Positions 12,249-23,488 are shown, counted from the stretch's first letter. The stretch: 64,000 bases of DNA from Ignavibacteriota bacterium (GCA_963801355.1 CAWDEM010000004.1:64001-128000), one strand, 5' to 3'. The notes: generated by a model not told the origin, from the letters alone. A program made the numbers and translations.

Positions 12249-13856
12249 ATGATCAACCGCCGTGCGTTCCTCAAAACCGTGGCGGCAGCAGGCGCCACTG
12301 TTGCCTTCACCCCAAAAACAGCCTTCAGCGCCATTTCCCACACGATGTCGCCGGGCTTCGGCGTGCACCCGTTCGTTGAGGCGCATCCCGAAGCGGTGTT
12401 CATTCTGCGAACCGCCGTCGACGTCAAAACCAATGCATCCGCCATCAAGAGCGCAGGACTGTCATTCGGACGTTCCGTCTTTCTCCCGCAGGATGTCGCA
12501 AGCGGCGGCATTCCGCTCACGCACATGATTCCCGTCAAGCCCAACCTGACCTGCCGCGCGAGAACGCACAGCATGTACACGGTCGAGCGCTCCATGGGGA
12601 TCCAGACCGATGCGAATTTCGTGGAAGGCATCATTGAGAGCATGAAGGAGCTCGGAATTCCGGGATCGCAATTCGCCATTCGCGAGGTGAATTGTCCTGA
12701 AGATTTTGCCGACGGCGGATACTACTCGATGGCGGCACGGACCGGTGCGGACATCCGCGACCTGAGCGCACAGGTCGGCATGCTGCCGGACGAGGCCATC
12801 CAGTGGAAGGATGTCCCCTCGGGCACCTGGTTCAACAGAATTCCCTATCTCGCTCCCGTCAACGCTCCCAACAGCTGGCTGCTGAACATTGCGAAATTCA
12901 AGACGCATGGGATGGGGCTGACGCTCTGTGCGAAGAACCTTCAGGGCACGATCGCGGCCTACTATCAGCAACACTGCACCGGATACAACTCGAACATGAA
13001 CATCGCTGCCGCGGATATCCGTTCCAACGCAAAGACGGCGATCATGAACAACTACAACGCACATAAGTCGGGAATTCCCCGCTGGGACCGCCCCGAGACC
13101 AGAGGGGGTCTCTGGATGGAAACATGGGCAAGCAGATGTCTTGACAACAACAGCGTCACAACGGCGGGGCTTCACATCATCGAAGGCATTTATGGACGCG
13201 ACGGCAACTTCATGGATGGTCCCAGCGCCGAGGGGATTGCCACCGACTACATGTGCAATCTGATCATCTTCGGTAAGAACCCGTTCTACGTGGATATTAT
13301 CGGACACTATCTTGGGGGACACGAGCCGGGGAACTTCGGCCTGTTCCACCTTGCGCGGGAGAGGGGGATGATCTCCCTGCTAAACCCGATGTCCATTCCC
13401 CTGTACGAATGGCAGACCGCTCCGACGCCGGGTGCAACCCTGACGCCGCTGACAAGCTTCACCCGTTATGAGTTAAAGACGTACTATCTGCAGCGTAACT
13501 ACGACGGCGGTACGGAGCCCTACTGGCATCTGGTCAACGAGCCGTACGATTACAACGCCACCGATGTCGCCGGTGCACCCCCGGCGGTTCCTGATGCGGT
13601 GGTGTTGTGCCAGAACTTCCCCAACCCCTTTAACGCAAGCACGATGTTCCAGTTTGTGATCCCCCGTGCTGGCACGGTGCGCCTGGATATCCATGATGCG
13701 CTGGGTGCTCTCGTGGGAGTCGTGGCAGAGGGTGCGTATCCTGCCGGCACACACATGGCGGTCTGGCAGAGTAACTCTCTTGCCACGGGCATCTATTTCT
13801 ATAGACTATGGTACGAGGGTTCAACGGTGACCCGGAGGATGCTCCTGGTCCGATAG
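12249..13856 (+). CDS. DUF362-domain protein with twin-arginine signal and C-terminal T9SS (type A-like) sorting domain
   Basis: MINRRAFLK signal; VKPNL, NIAKFKTHGMGLTLCAKNLQG and IEGIYGRDG (DUF362-like); C-terminal QNFPNPFN...LATGIYFYRL...RRMLLVR. Confidence 0.8.
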   Translation: MINRRAFLKTVAAAGATVAFTPKTAFSAISHTMSPGFGVHPFVEAHPEAVFILRTAVDVKTNASAIKSAGLSFGRSVFLPQDVASGGIPLTHMIPVKPNLTCRARTHSMYTVERSMGIQTDANFVEGIIESMKELGIPGSQFAIREVNCPEDFADGGYYSMAARTGADIRDLSAQVGMLPDEAIQWKDVPSGTWFNRIPYLAPVNAPNSWLLNIAKFKTHGMGLTLCAKNLQGTIAAYYQQHCTGYNSNMNIAAADIRSNAKTAIMNNYNAHKSGIPRWDRPETRGGLWMETWASRCLDNNSVTTAGLHIIEGIYGRDGNFMDGPSAEGIATDYMCNLIIFGKNPFYVDIIGHYLGGHEPGNFGLFHLARERGMISLLNPMSIPLYEWQTAPTPGATLTPLTSFTRYELKTYYLQRNYDGGTEPYWHLVNEPYDYNATDVAGAPPAVPDAVVLCQNFPNPFNASTMFQFVIPRAGTVRLDIHDALGALVGVVAEGAYPAGTHMAVWQSNSLATGIYFYRLWYEGSTVTRRMLLVR

Positions 13857-13915
13857 GGACACTAAGGGACAGCTGGTCCTATTGAAGGTCGTATGACAAC
13901 CACTCTGAGAATACA

Positions 13916-14320
13916 ATGAGCGCTCCCGACACTCCGCGCTACGGTTCCATCATCTGGACTGACCTGACAATCCCGGATGCGGAAAAGATACGCGATTTCT
14001 ATGCAAAGGTTGCGGGGTGGACGTTCACGCCCGTATCCATGGGCAGCTATGAGGATTTCCAGATGAACGCGCCTGCCACCGGCGAAGCGGTTGCCGGCAT
14101 CTGCCATTCCCGTGGCATCAACGCCGGGCTTCCCCCGCAATGGCTTATGTATATCAGTGTGGAAAACATCGACGACTGCGTGCAGCGCTGCAAAGAACTG
14201 GGCGGCACGATCCTCGTCGAACCCCGGCCCATGGGTTCCTATGGAATGTTTTCTGTCATCAAAGACCCGGCCGGTGCTGTCGCTGCTCTGTTCTGTCCGG
14301 AAAAAACTCAGGCATCCTAA
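13916..14320 (+). CDS. VOC/glyoxalase family protein
   Basis: GSIIWTDL, FYAKVAGW, PQWLMYISV and IKDPAGA. Confidence 0.88.
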   Translation: MSAPDTPRYGSIIWTDLTIPDAEKIRDFYAKVAGWTFTPVSMGSYEDFQMNAPATGEAVAGICHSRGINAGLPPQWLMYISVENIDDCVQRCKELGGTILVEPRPMGSYGMFSVIKDPAGAVAALFCPEKTQAS

Positions 14321-14326
14321 GGCCCT

Positions 14327-14930
14327 ATGCCAACATCAACCCCGTTACGCGATCTCGTCCTGCGCACACGTTCAGTCCGACGTTTCAAGGAGCATGTGCG
14401 TGTCCCCCTTGAAACCCTCCAAGCGCTGGTCGATCTTGCGCGGCTCGCTCCCAGCGCCGGAAACAAGCAACCGTTCAAGTACGCCCTCTCGGTTTCCCGG
14501 CGGGTCAACGCGCTCATTTTTCCCCACCTGCGGTGGGCGGCGTACCTTCAGGATTGGTCCGGCCCCGCTCGAAGGAGAACGTCCGGCGGCCTACATCGTC
14601 ATCTGCCGCGACATCACCATAAGCAACGCCCTCAATAGTGATCAGGGTTTTTCGGTGCAGAACATCGTGCTGGGCGCTACAGAACGCGGCCTGGGTTCAT
14701 GTGTCATTGCATCGTTCGTCCGCGACGAAATCCGGAAAGTCATGCAGATCCACGAAGCTCTCGACCCCATCTGGGTCATCGCACTTGGCGTTCCGGCGGA
14801 GACCATTGTTCTCGAGCCGATGGGACCCGAAGGCGACATCCGCTACTGGAGGGACGCGGCGGGTGTGCACCATGTGCCCAAGCGGTCGTTACAGGAGATA
14901 CTGCTTACCCAATTCTGGGAAGATGAATAA
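14327..14930 (+). CDS. Nitroreductase family protein, split by an apparent +1 frameshift near 14565
   Basis: RSVRRF...ARLAPSAGNKQP...WAAYLQDWSGP continues in the next frame as EGERPAAYI...GATERGLGSC...HHVPKRSL. The shift lies in a C run (ggcccc). Confidence 0.85.
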
Positions 14931-15498
14931 CACCAGCCCCACACGCGACGTCAGTATTTCTATGACGCGCATCAACCTGCTGGCACTCCCGGTTGCCCTC
15001 CTGACGCTGCTTGTTGCAGGAACACCCTTTGTCCTCATTCACGGGTGGAACGCGGCTGCACAGAGCGCGCGTGCATTTTTGAGACCGGGAGTTGCCATTC
15101 CCGTTCTTCTGGTTGGCATCGTGCTGCACGAGCTCATCCACGGCGCAGCCTGGGCATTCTATGGCGAGAAGAAACTGACGACGATCCGTTTTGGTATCAG
15201 CTGGTCAGCGCTCGCACCGTATGCACACTGTCCGGAGCCTTTGACTGCAGGTGCCTACCGGTTGGGAGCCGCGGCACCCGGAATTCTTCTGGGCCTCATC
15301 CCGGTGGCAATCGCCACATGGATAGGGTCATCCTGGTTGTTCCCGTCGGGACTGCTGTTCACCATTGCCGCCGCGGGTGATTTCCTTATTCTCTGGATCC
15401 TCCGCGGAGTCCCTTCGTACCTCCTTGTCCAGGATCATCCGAACAGAGCCGGCTGTCTTGTCTACGAATCAACGACCGATGGGGAATCGCACACATGA
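14923..15498 (+). CDS. DUF3267-like membrane zincin metalloprotease
   Basis: HELIHG motif, PYAHC, AAGD and QDHP; several TM segments. Confidence 0.8.
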   Translation: MNNTSPTRDVSISMTRINLLALPVALLTLLVAGTPFVLIHGWNAAAQSARAFLRPGVAIPVLLVGIVLHELIHGAAWAFYGEKKLTTIRFGISWSALAPYAHCPEPLTAGAYRLGAAAPGILLGLIPVAIATWIGSSWLFPSGLLFTIAAAGDFLILWILRGVPSYLLVQDHPNRAGCLVYESTTDGESHT

Positions 15499-16911
15499 GT
15501 ATCTCACTTGAATTCTGGGGCGCTGCACAAACAGTGACGGGGACCATGCATCTTGTGCGGGTCGGAGGCCGCAGCGTTCTCCTGGATTGCGGCATGTACC
15601 AGGGCCGGCGCAACGAAGCCTTCGAGCGCAACAGCACATTCCCCTTTGACCCGGCGGCAATCGATGCCGTCATCCTCTCCCATGCCCACATTGATCACAG
15701 TGGCAACCTGCCCGGCCTGGTGCGGCACGGATATGACGGACCGATTTACTGTACGGGCGCAACAAAGAGTCTCTGTGAGGTGATGCTGCGCGACAGCGCC
15801 TATATCCAGATGCGCGATGTGGAGTTCGTCAACAAACGGCATGAAAAGAAACACCTTGCCGGCTGTTCAGCCGCTCTACACGGTAGAGAACGTTGACGAC
15901 ACAATTCCCTTAATGCAGGGGATCGACTACGGACGCACGTTTGATGTCGTTGACGGCGTGCAGTGCAGATTCGAAGATGCGGGCCACATTCTGGGTGCGG
16001 CGTCTCTTTCACTGCACCTGCGCGACAACGGCACAGCAACCGGGCTCGTGTTCACCGGGGATCTGGGCCGCCCGGATCTCCCCATCCTCCGCGATCCCGT
16101 GCTCGTTGCCGACGACAAGACCGAGTACCTGATTACGGAAAGCACCTACGGCGGACGCTCCCACACTCCGGTAACGGAGATGGAAGAGCAGCTGCTCCAG
16201 CCGCTCCTGCGTGCCTATGAACGGAAAGCAAAAGTAGTCATTCCGGCGTTCAGTGTCGGACGGACACAGGAAATTGTCTACATGCTGCATAAGCTCAGCG
16301 TGGCCGGCAGGATTCCTTCCATTCCCGTGTTTGTCGACAGCCCCCTCTCCGTCAATGTCACTGCAGTATTCCGCAAGCATAAGGAGTGCTTTGACGAAGA
16401 AACACTGGCGGTACTCGATTCCCCGGAAGAGAACGACCCGTTCGGGTTTAACCGCCTGACATACGTAAAGACAGTTGAGGAATCCAAAGCGCTCAACGAC
16501 CGGTCAGGACCGTTTATAGTGATCTCCGCGTCGGGGATGTGTGAGGCCGGCCGTGTCGTGCACCATCTCGCCAATTCCATCGGCGACCCGCGCAACATGG
16601 TCATGATCGTTGGCTACCAGGCGGAGAACACGGTGGGCAAGCGGATCGTCATGAAAGAGCCCGTCGTGAATCTCTTCGGCGAGCCGCATGCGCTCCGCGC
16701 CGAGGTAGTCGTCTTGAACTCCTTCAGTTCCCACGCCGATCGGAATGAGCTTCTCTCGTACCTGCGCCGTTTTCCCCGCAAGCCGCTCAAAAAGACATTT
16801 GTCGTCCATGGAGACCCGGACCAGTGCGAGGCGTTCAAAGGAGCCCTGGAGGAGGAACGGTTCGGCCCGGTGGTCATTCCTTCACGTGGTAACCGGATAG
16901 TTCTCACGTAA
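15495..16911 (+). CDS. MBL-fold/beta-CASP metallo-hydrolase (RNA-processing nuclease family), split by an apparent +1 frameshift near 15857
   Basis: GAAQTVTG, DCGMYQG and SHAHIDHSG in the first ORF; AGHILG, FTGDLG, ESTYG, PAFSVGRTQE, SASGM and FSSHAD in the second. Confidence 0.88.
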
Positions 16912-16922
16912 GCGGACCGGCA

Positions 16923-18857
16923 ATGAGCGTGTCCGTGCGGTCCCTGGCTCTCGCTTTGCTTGTTCCCTCCGCGGTGCTTCTGGCCCCGGGGCAGGAATCC
17001 CAGCGCGAGCCCGGACCGTCTGCAGCGACACCGGATTCCCTTCGCAGGGTCAATTCCGCCAGTATCCTGTTCGACCGCAATCTCAACACATTTAACTGGG
17101 TCGGCCGCCTGGTTCTGGACACCGTATTTGTACGGACCCGCTTCACCGGGAGCGCACAGCTCTTCGCAAACACTGTCCAGCCGGAAGAAGGATCCGGCAT
17201 AAGTGCCCGCTCTTCGGAAAGCACGCAGAAGAATATGGCTCTTGCTGTGCGCCACCCCTTCAGCAGCGTTACGGGGCTGGATGCCCGCTGGTCATCCTTG
17301 GTATTCTCGGATAACCGCGGTATCGGATTGAGCAATGCGGCAAGCCACGCGCTGCTCGCGGGAGTGGCGTTCTATCCGACAGCGGCGCTGAGTCTCACCC
17401 CCCTGGGCGGATACCGCTGGGATACCCAGGGGGGACTCCATGACCGCGGTCCCGCACTCGCACTCGAGACGGAACTTCGCCCGGTTGAAATTGACGGATA
17501 CCGCTTTGCGGGGACGGGCAGGCTGCGGCGCGATATGGTGGACCCGCGCGTTCTTGAGAATCACAGCGCACAACTCGGCGTGTACAAACCCTTTGGTGCA
17601 TTTTCCCGCGACAGTCTGGATCTCGGCTTTCTCCAGACACGGCGTGAATTCTACTCACGCGGCGACAGTGCCATTGAAAGCCGCACGGACCGCTCGTTCT
17701 CGCTCGCAAATCTCCTGGCGTATGAAGTTGCACGCGATGTCGTTGCCAGCATCTTTGTGAACATCGGCAGCCGTGCGCTCGACAAAGACGAGCGTACGCT
17801 GTTCGATGCGGCGTATTCCCCCACGACCTTCGGTACCCGGATCGAGGAATTCCGCTTCGATACATATATCCAGGCTGCGTTTCAGGCCGGGGACGATGCC
17901 CCCTCGGCGGTGGTGCGCCTCGGCTATTCCGAGCGGAGCGAATCGCATCGTGCAACAGCCCCGGAACAGATGCCTCCCAATATCGCCGTGCTCTTTGGCG
18001 AACGGAACAAGCAGGAACAGACCAAGGACAATCTTGCCCAGCGTGTCGCGCTCACCACCGCCCTGGCGATTCCTGTCTTTACCTCTTCCCGGTTCTTTCT
18101 CGCAGGCTCCGCGGGCATCCTCCGCTACGACACGCCCAGCGAGCTGAATTTTGAAGACCGCGACGAACTTCTCATTTCCGCCACGGTCGGACTTCAGCAT
18201 ACCTTCAGCAGGTCACTCGAAGCCCTGCTGACACTTGACGGAACCTTGAGCCATCTGGTGTACCTGCTCAAAGAGAGAAGCGCCAACAACAATTACAACC
18301 GTGTCCTGCGCCTCTCACCCCGTACCACCTGGCGTCCGGCTTCCTGGTTTTCCACCACGAATGCCTTTGAAGTGCTGGCAAATTATACGGTGTACGACTT
18401 CGAACGCCAGGTCGCACTCGTGCGCAGTTTCTCCTACAGGCAGTTTTCGTGGATTGACTCCACCCGGATGGAGTTCACGCCGAAAGTTGGACTTGACTTT
18501 TTCACCTATTTAAAGTTGTATGAACGCGGGTTGCTGAAGTGGGACGAGTTCCGGGAGCGGACCGAAAACTCCTTTGTCGACCGGACACTGGGCGTTCAAC
18601 TCCGTTTTTCGCCGGACGGGATCAGTGTCTTCGCCGTTGGTCTGCGCTACTTCAGCCAGTCCCGCTATCTCTTCAAGGAAGCCGTGAAGCAGCCCGATTC
18701 TTTTACGAGCAGTGTTGGACCGACGTGTGAGATCAGATGGGTGATCGGTCCCCATAGCCGGCTGCAGTTTAGCGGCTGGTACGAACGCCGGAGGCTGCCC
18801 GACGGCACCTTCCGGTCGCTGGCAAGCTTGACCATGCATCTCTCATTCCATCTCTAA
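16923..18857 (+). CDS. Hypothetical outer-membrane beta-barrel protein
   Basis: N-terminal signal peptide, alternating amphipathic strands rich in Y/F/R/S/T, and a terminal strand LTMHLSFHL. Confidence 0.6.
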   Translation: MSVSVRSLALALLVPSAVLLAPGQESQREPGPSAATPDSLRRVNSASILFDRNLNTFNWVGRLVLDTVFVRTRFTGSAQLFANTVQPEEGSGISARSSESTQKNMALAVRHPFSSVTGLDARWSSLVFSDNRGIGLSNAASHALLAGVAFYPTAALSLTPLGGYRWDTQGGLHDRGPALALETELRPVEIDGYRFAGTGRLRRDMVDPRVLENHSAQLGVYKPFGAFSRDSLDLGFLQTRREFYSRGDSAIESRTDRSFSLANLLAYEVARDVVASIFVNIGSRALDKDERTLFDAAYSPTTFGTRIEEFRFDTYIQAAFQAGDDAPSAVVRLGYSERSESHRATAPEQMPPNIAVLFGERNKQEQTKDNLAQRVALTTALAIPVFTSSRFFLAGSAGILRYDTPSELNFEDRDELLISATVGLQHTFSRSLEALLTLDGTLSHLVYLLKERSANNNYNRVLRLSPRTTWRPASWFSTTNAFEVLANYTVYDFERQVALVRSFSYRQFSWIDSTRMEFTPKVGLDFFTYLKLYERGLLKWDEFRERTENSFVDRTLGVQLRFSPDGISVFAVGLRYFSQSRYLFKEAVKQPDSFTSSVGPTCEIRWVIGPHSRLQFSGWYERRRLPDGTFRSLASLTMHLSFHL

Positions 18858-18868
18858 ACGGACAGCGT

Positions 18869-19291
18869 GTGAAATCCACCCAGACCGTTTTTCGCTTGAC
18901 CCTCCGGAGTGTCCCGCGCAGCATCCGGCGTGTAGAAAGCTATCTTACCCGGATCAACGCCACTCTTCACCTCGGTGAAATCCAGATGCACAAGGTGATG
19001 GTATCTCTCACGGAAGCGGTCAACAATGCCATCGTCCATGGAAACAAATCCGACCCGGAGAAGAAAGTGTCGATACGATGTGAAGTCCTCCCGGGATGGT
19101 TACTCTTTACGGTTGAAGACCAGGGCCGGGGCTTCCGCGTGGATCACGTGAGAAATCCCCTGAAGGAAGAAAATATCATGAAGGAAAACGGGCGGGGAAT
19201 TTTCTTGATGAGAACGCTGATGGACAAAGTGGAATTCGAACTGACGCAGAAGGGAACACAGGTCCGCCTCTGGCTCGATACAAACAAGTAG
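18869..19291 (+). CDS. Anti-sigma factor/Ser-Thr kinase, RsbW-like (HATPase_c)
   Basis: EAVNNAIVHGN, DQGRGF and GRGIFLMRTLMD. Confidence 0.9.
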   Translation: MKSTQTVFRLTLRSVPRSIRRVESYLTRINATLHLGEIQMHKVMVSLTEAVNNAIVHGNKSDPEKKVSIRCEVLPGWLLFTVEDQGRGFRVDHVRNPLKEENIMKENGRGIFLMRTLMDKVEFELTQKGTQVRLWLDTNK

Positions 19292-19306
19292 GAGGAAAAG
19301 TCCTAC
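19288..19306. terminator. Short hairpin at the stop of the RsbW-like gene
   Basis: GTAGGA-ggaaaag-TCCTAC; no U-tract. Confidence 0.3.
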
Positions 19307-19375
19307 GGTGCACCGGCACGTTCTACAGTGCACTGGCATGCTCTACACTGCACGGGCACGTTCTAGGGTGCACTC
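19303..19375. repeat. 20-bp tandem repeat (about 3.6 copies) with palindromic core
   Basis: ctacggtgcaccggcacgtt ctacagtgcactggcatgct ctacactgcacgggcacgtt ctagggtgcactc. Confidence 0.85.
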
Positions 19376-20082
19376 ACACGCGCATCGGTCAACGTGAAAT
19401 CCACACCCTTTGTGCTGTCACCCGGTTCAAGAATGTACCGGGCGAACGCCGGCGGGGAATCGGAGACCTGGAAGATATAGTTTGTTCCTCCCCCGATGAA
19501 AATGCTCACCTGATAGCAGGAAAACAGAGTCTGAACGCCATTGATATTCGCCGAGACCATTCCCCCGCTCCCGGTGAAGCTTCCGTACACCGTCTCCCGC
19601 CCTGCGGAATCGAGAGACCCCACCACCCACGAGCCGCCGATCCCCTGTGAAAACGCCGCGATCCGGTCCCAGCGCCTTGGCGGAACCGGCAACCCGGTGA
19701 CGCGTGCAATTTCCGCAAGCAATCCGAACCGGTAGAGATCGCCGTCCGCGGATTGCGCCAGCATGAACTCCTGCACTGTTGCAGTTGTGTCGCGCAGGAG
19801 CACGGTACTGTCAAGCACTGTGGTGACTCCGGTGAACCCTGCAAACGTTCCACCCGTGCTCAGGATGCGCTGTGTCGCACGACTCCGCGTGGAGGGGAGG
19901 TAGTAACCGAATTCGGAGATCAGTATTGCGTCGTATTCGTATACATCCCCCGGAGCGAACGCGGGGTGGAAGGCGATCGCCCCGGGGGTCAGCGGCGGAT
20001 CGGTGCCGTCACGGCACGCAAGCGGGAGAAGCCAGAGACAGAAAAGGGCAACCCACCGGGTTGCCCTTCCAAACGGTTTCAT
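19363..20082 (-). CDS. Hypothetical lipoprotein
   Basis: MKPFGRATRWVALFCLWLLPLA-C lipobox-like signal; beta-rich, Thr/Ser/Gly-rich body; starts 8 nt after the mdh stop. Confidence 0.6.
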   Translation of the reverse strand: MKPFGRATRWVALFCLWLLPLACRDGTDPPLTPGAIAFHPAFAPGDVYEYDAILISEFGYYLPSTRSRATQRILSTGGTFAGFTGVTTVLDSTVLLRDTTATVQEFMLAQSADGDLYRFGLLAEIARVTGLPVPPRRWDRIAAFSQGIGGSWVVGSLDSAGRETVYGSFTGSGGMVSANINGVQTLFSCYQVSIFIGGGTNYIFQVSDSPPAFARYILEPGDSTKGVDFTLTDARVSAP

Positions 20083-20090
20083 CAAACAAC

Positions 20091-21029
<939 letters not shown>

Positions 21030-21045
21030 CTATAGGTGGGACGAA

Positions 21046-21303
21046 TTACGCTTGCGGAACAATGCTGACGATATGCCGTGACTTCTTCACTTTCTTGAAG
21101 TTGACAGCACCGCCGACCGTTGCAAACAGCGTGTCATCGCTGCCGATACGGACATTCACGCCGGGTTGAAACTTCGAACCGCGCTGACGGACGATGATGC
21201 AGCCGGCCGTCACAACTTCGCCGCCGAACCGCTTTACGCCCAACCGCTGCGCATTGCTGTCCCGACCGTTACGCGAACTGCCAACACCTTTTTTGTGTGC
21301 CAT
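21046..21303 (-). CDS. rpmA: 50S ribosomal protein L27
   Basis: [16 protein letters not shown]...LGVK...IIVRQRG. Confidence 0.99.
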   Translation of the reverse strand: MAHKKGVGSSRNGRDSNAQRLGVKRFGGEVVTAGCIIVRQRGSKFQPGVNVRIGSDDTLFATVGGAVNFKKVKKSRHIVSIVPQA

Positions 21304-21312
21304 GACGCACCT

Positions 21313-21624
21313 CTACTGTGTAATGCTGTTGATTTCTATTTGTGTATACCCCTGCCGGTGTCCGCGCTTCACGCGGTACCCTTTCCGGCGCTTCTTCTTG
21401 AAGACAATGACCTTGGGGCTCTTGCCGTGGTCAATGACCGTGGCTTCCACACTCGCACCGGCAACCAGGGGATGGCCGACAACCACCGTCTTGTCGTCAC
21501 TGAGGAGGAGCACGCGGTCCAGATGGATCTTCGTCCCCGGTTTCTCCTGAAGGCTCGGCACTTCTACATGGTCTTTCGGCGTGACCTTGAATTGCTTACC
21601 GGCAATTTCTACTACGGCAAACAT
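21313..21624 (-). CDS. rplU: 50S ribosomal protein L21
   Basis: MFAVVEIAGKQFKV...FKKKRRKGYRVKRGHRQ. Confidence 0.99.
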   Translation of the reverse strand: MFAVVEIAGKQFKVTPKDHVEVPSLQEKPGTKIHLDRVLLLSDDKTVVVGHPLVAGASVEATVIDHGKSPKVIVFKKKRRKGYRVKRGHRQGYTQIEINSITQ

Positions 21625-21655
21625 CGGTGGATTCCTCGAAATGAATAGGACTAAA

Positions 21656-21684
21656 AAGGTACTAAATCCGCGTCAAAAAGTCAA
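21656..21684 (-). promoter_or_regulatory. Putative sigma70-type promoter of rplU-rpmA-mdh
   Basis: Minus strand TTGACT-17 nt-TACCTT. Confidence 0.65.
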
Positions 21685-22649
21685 TTAATGGACTCGATGC
21701 CCTCGTAGCGGCTGTCGATGGTCTTAAACCGATGCAGGGTAAAACGATAGAGAGATGGGGCGGTATATATGCAGAAAAGAAAGAAGATCACGCCGCCGAA
21801 CAGATCCACCACATAATGGTAGCGCTGGTACACCGTGGCAATAATGAGCAGTGAGCCGTTCACGATCATGAAATATCTGCTGTGAAGGCGGTACCGCACA
21901 CTGAGGGTCATCAGCACCAGCATCATCATGGTGTGGCCGCTGGGGAAAACATCGCGCTGGGCCGCCGCCTGGGCAATCGCGTTCGACACTCCCATGGGCA
22001 CCGATTCCCCGTAGTTGACGAACCAGCGGAGGTGAGGGGTCAACCAGAGCCCCGGAAGCTCCAGGTCGGTCATGCCGAAATCGTGCAGCGTGAAGCGGGG
22101 CCCGACGGCGGGGAGGGTGAAGTACCCGAGATACGAGAGGTAGAAACCGTAGATGCAGGTGAACATGTAGAAGTGAAACACCGCACGGTTCTTGCGGCGG
22201 TAGAGCTCATAGCCCGCCCAGAGGAAGAGCAGGTAGAAAATTGTATATGCAAATTGCAGAATCTCGGTGAACACCGGATGTGAAAACTGCATGAGCCACC
22301 GGGTCGGATCCACGCCGAACAGCCACCGGTCGGCCGCAATGAGGACGTCGTCATAATTCCGCCCCGCGTGCAGAGGCGAAATGATGAAGTAGAGTTCCTT
22401 GTACGTCAGGAACACCAGCGGGGCGGCATACCAGTCATGAATGTACTCGAGGAGTTTCAGATCGTACCGTGAACGGGCAACGGCAAGAAGGCAGATCGCG
22501 ATGCTCACCGCGATGTTGATCAGCACCAGGACCCACCAGTTTGGTATCCGCGAATAAAAGAATACGTTCAGAATACTCAGGAGAATACCGTAGGCGATGA
22601 TCAGCAGGTCCGCCGAATGGAGAGCCCGGAAGAGTGCGCGCAGATTCAT
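21681..22649 (-). CDS. PAP2 superfamily membrane protein (Aur1/IPC-synthase-like)
   Basis: Multiple TM helices; PAVGPRF, FPSGHT and RYHYVVD motifs. Confidence 0.85.
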   Translation of the reverse strand: MNLRALFRALHSADLLIIAYGILLSILNVFFYSRIPNWWVLVLINIAVSIAICLLAVARSRYDLKLLEYIHDWYAAPLVFLTYKELYFIISPLHAGRNYDDVLIAADRWLFGVDPTRWLMQFSHPVFTEILQFAYTIFYLLFLWAGYELYRRKNRAVFHFYMFTCIYGFYLSYLGYFTLPAVGPRFTLHDFGMTDLELPGLWLTPHLRWFVNYGESVPMGVSNAIAQAAAQRDVFPSGHTMMMLVLMTLSVRYRLHSRYFMIVNGSLLIIATVYQRYHYVVDLFGGVIFFLFCIYTAPSLYRFTLHRFKTIDSRYEGIESIN

Positions 22650-23461
22650 GCTGTTGGTGTTCCCGGGGATGATGCAGCAGAGAGGGCATTTGCCAGCAGC
22701 ACGAGTTCCTGGATGGAGAGGTCTTCCGGGCGTCGTTGCAGGTCCACCGGCAGGGGGACGGCGGGAAGTTCCGGAAGAAAATATCTGAGCGATGCACGGA
22801 GGGTTTTGCGGCGTTTCCCGAACACCGCACGGACCATCGAACGGAAGAACGCCGTGTCATCCACGGCGTGGCGTGGCAGAGGGAGCATTCGCAGCCGCAC
22901 GAGTGTCGATGTCACCTCGGGGCGGGGAAAGAATACGTTTGGAGAAACGTCGAAGAGCAAGGTCACATCCGCATACAGTTGACAAAATACCGAAAGAATT
23001 CCGTACTCCTTGTTGCCGTGGGGAGCCGCCAGGCGCCGTGCCACCTCGCGCTGCATCAACAGCGTTGCATCCAGCACATGTTCTTTCTGTTCCAGGATCC
23101 GGATCACGATCTGGCTGGTGATGTTGTACGGAATGTTCCCCACGATACGCAACGGACCATGCGCTTGTGCGAGCGCTGCGAGGTCCAGTTTCAGAATGTC
23201 CCCGATGATGACCTCCGCGGGGGTACCCTCAGTCAGCGCGCGGAGATGAAAGAGCACCCTCTCGTCCAGTTCCACTGCAATCAAGCGTTTCACACGCCCG
23301 GCCAGAAGAGCCGTCAGTGCGCCCTCACCCGGTCCGATCTCGAGCACAGTCTGATCCGGCGCGGGGTCAATTGCCCCGACAATCTTGCGGGCAATGTTCT
23401 CATCCCGCAGAAAATTCTGACCCAGTGCTTTTCGAGGACGAAGGGAAGGTGAGCCGGCCAC
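22646..23461 (-). CDS. rsmA: 16S rRNA m6,2A dimethyltransferase
   Basis: KALGQNFL, LEIGPGEG, GNIPYNITS, QREVARR and RRKTL. Confidence 0.96.
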   Translation of the reverse strand: MAGSPSLRPRKALGQNFLRDENIARKIVGAIDPAPDQTVLEIGPGEGALTALLAGRVKRLIAVELDERVLFHLRALTEGTPAEVIIGDILKLDLAALAQAHGPLRIVGNIPYNITSQIVIRILEQKEHVLDATLLMQREVARRLAAPHGNKEYGILSVFCQLYADVTLLFDVSPNVFFPRPEVTSTLVRLRMLPLPRHAVDDTAFFRSMVRAVFGKRRKTLRASLRYFLPELPAVPLPVDLQRRPEDLSIQELVLLANALSAASSPGTPTA

Positions 23462-23488
23462 GGTACCTGAATGGAAATCGAACGTGAA

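Noticed and set aside
19303-19375. Possible mini-CRISPR array
   Set aside because: The units are contiguous 20-mers with no unique spacers, and there are no cas genes in the window.
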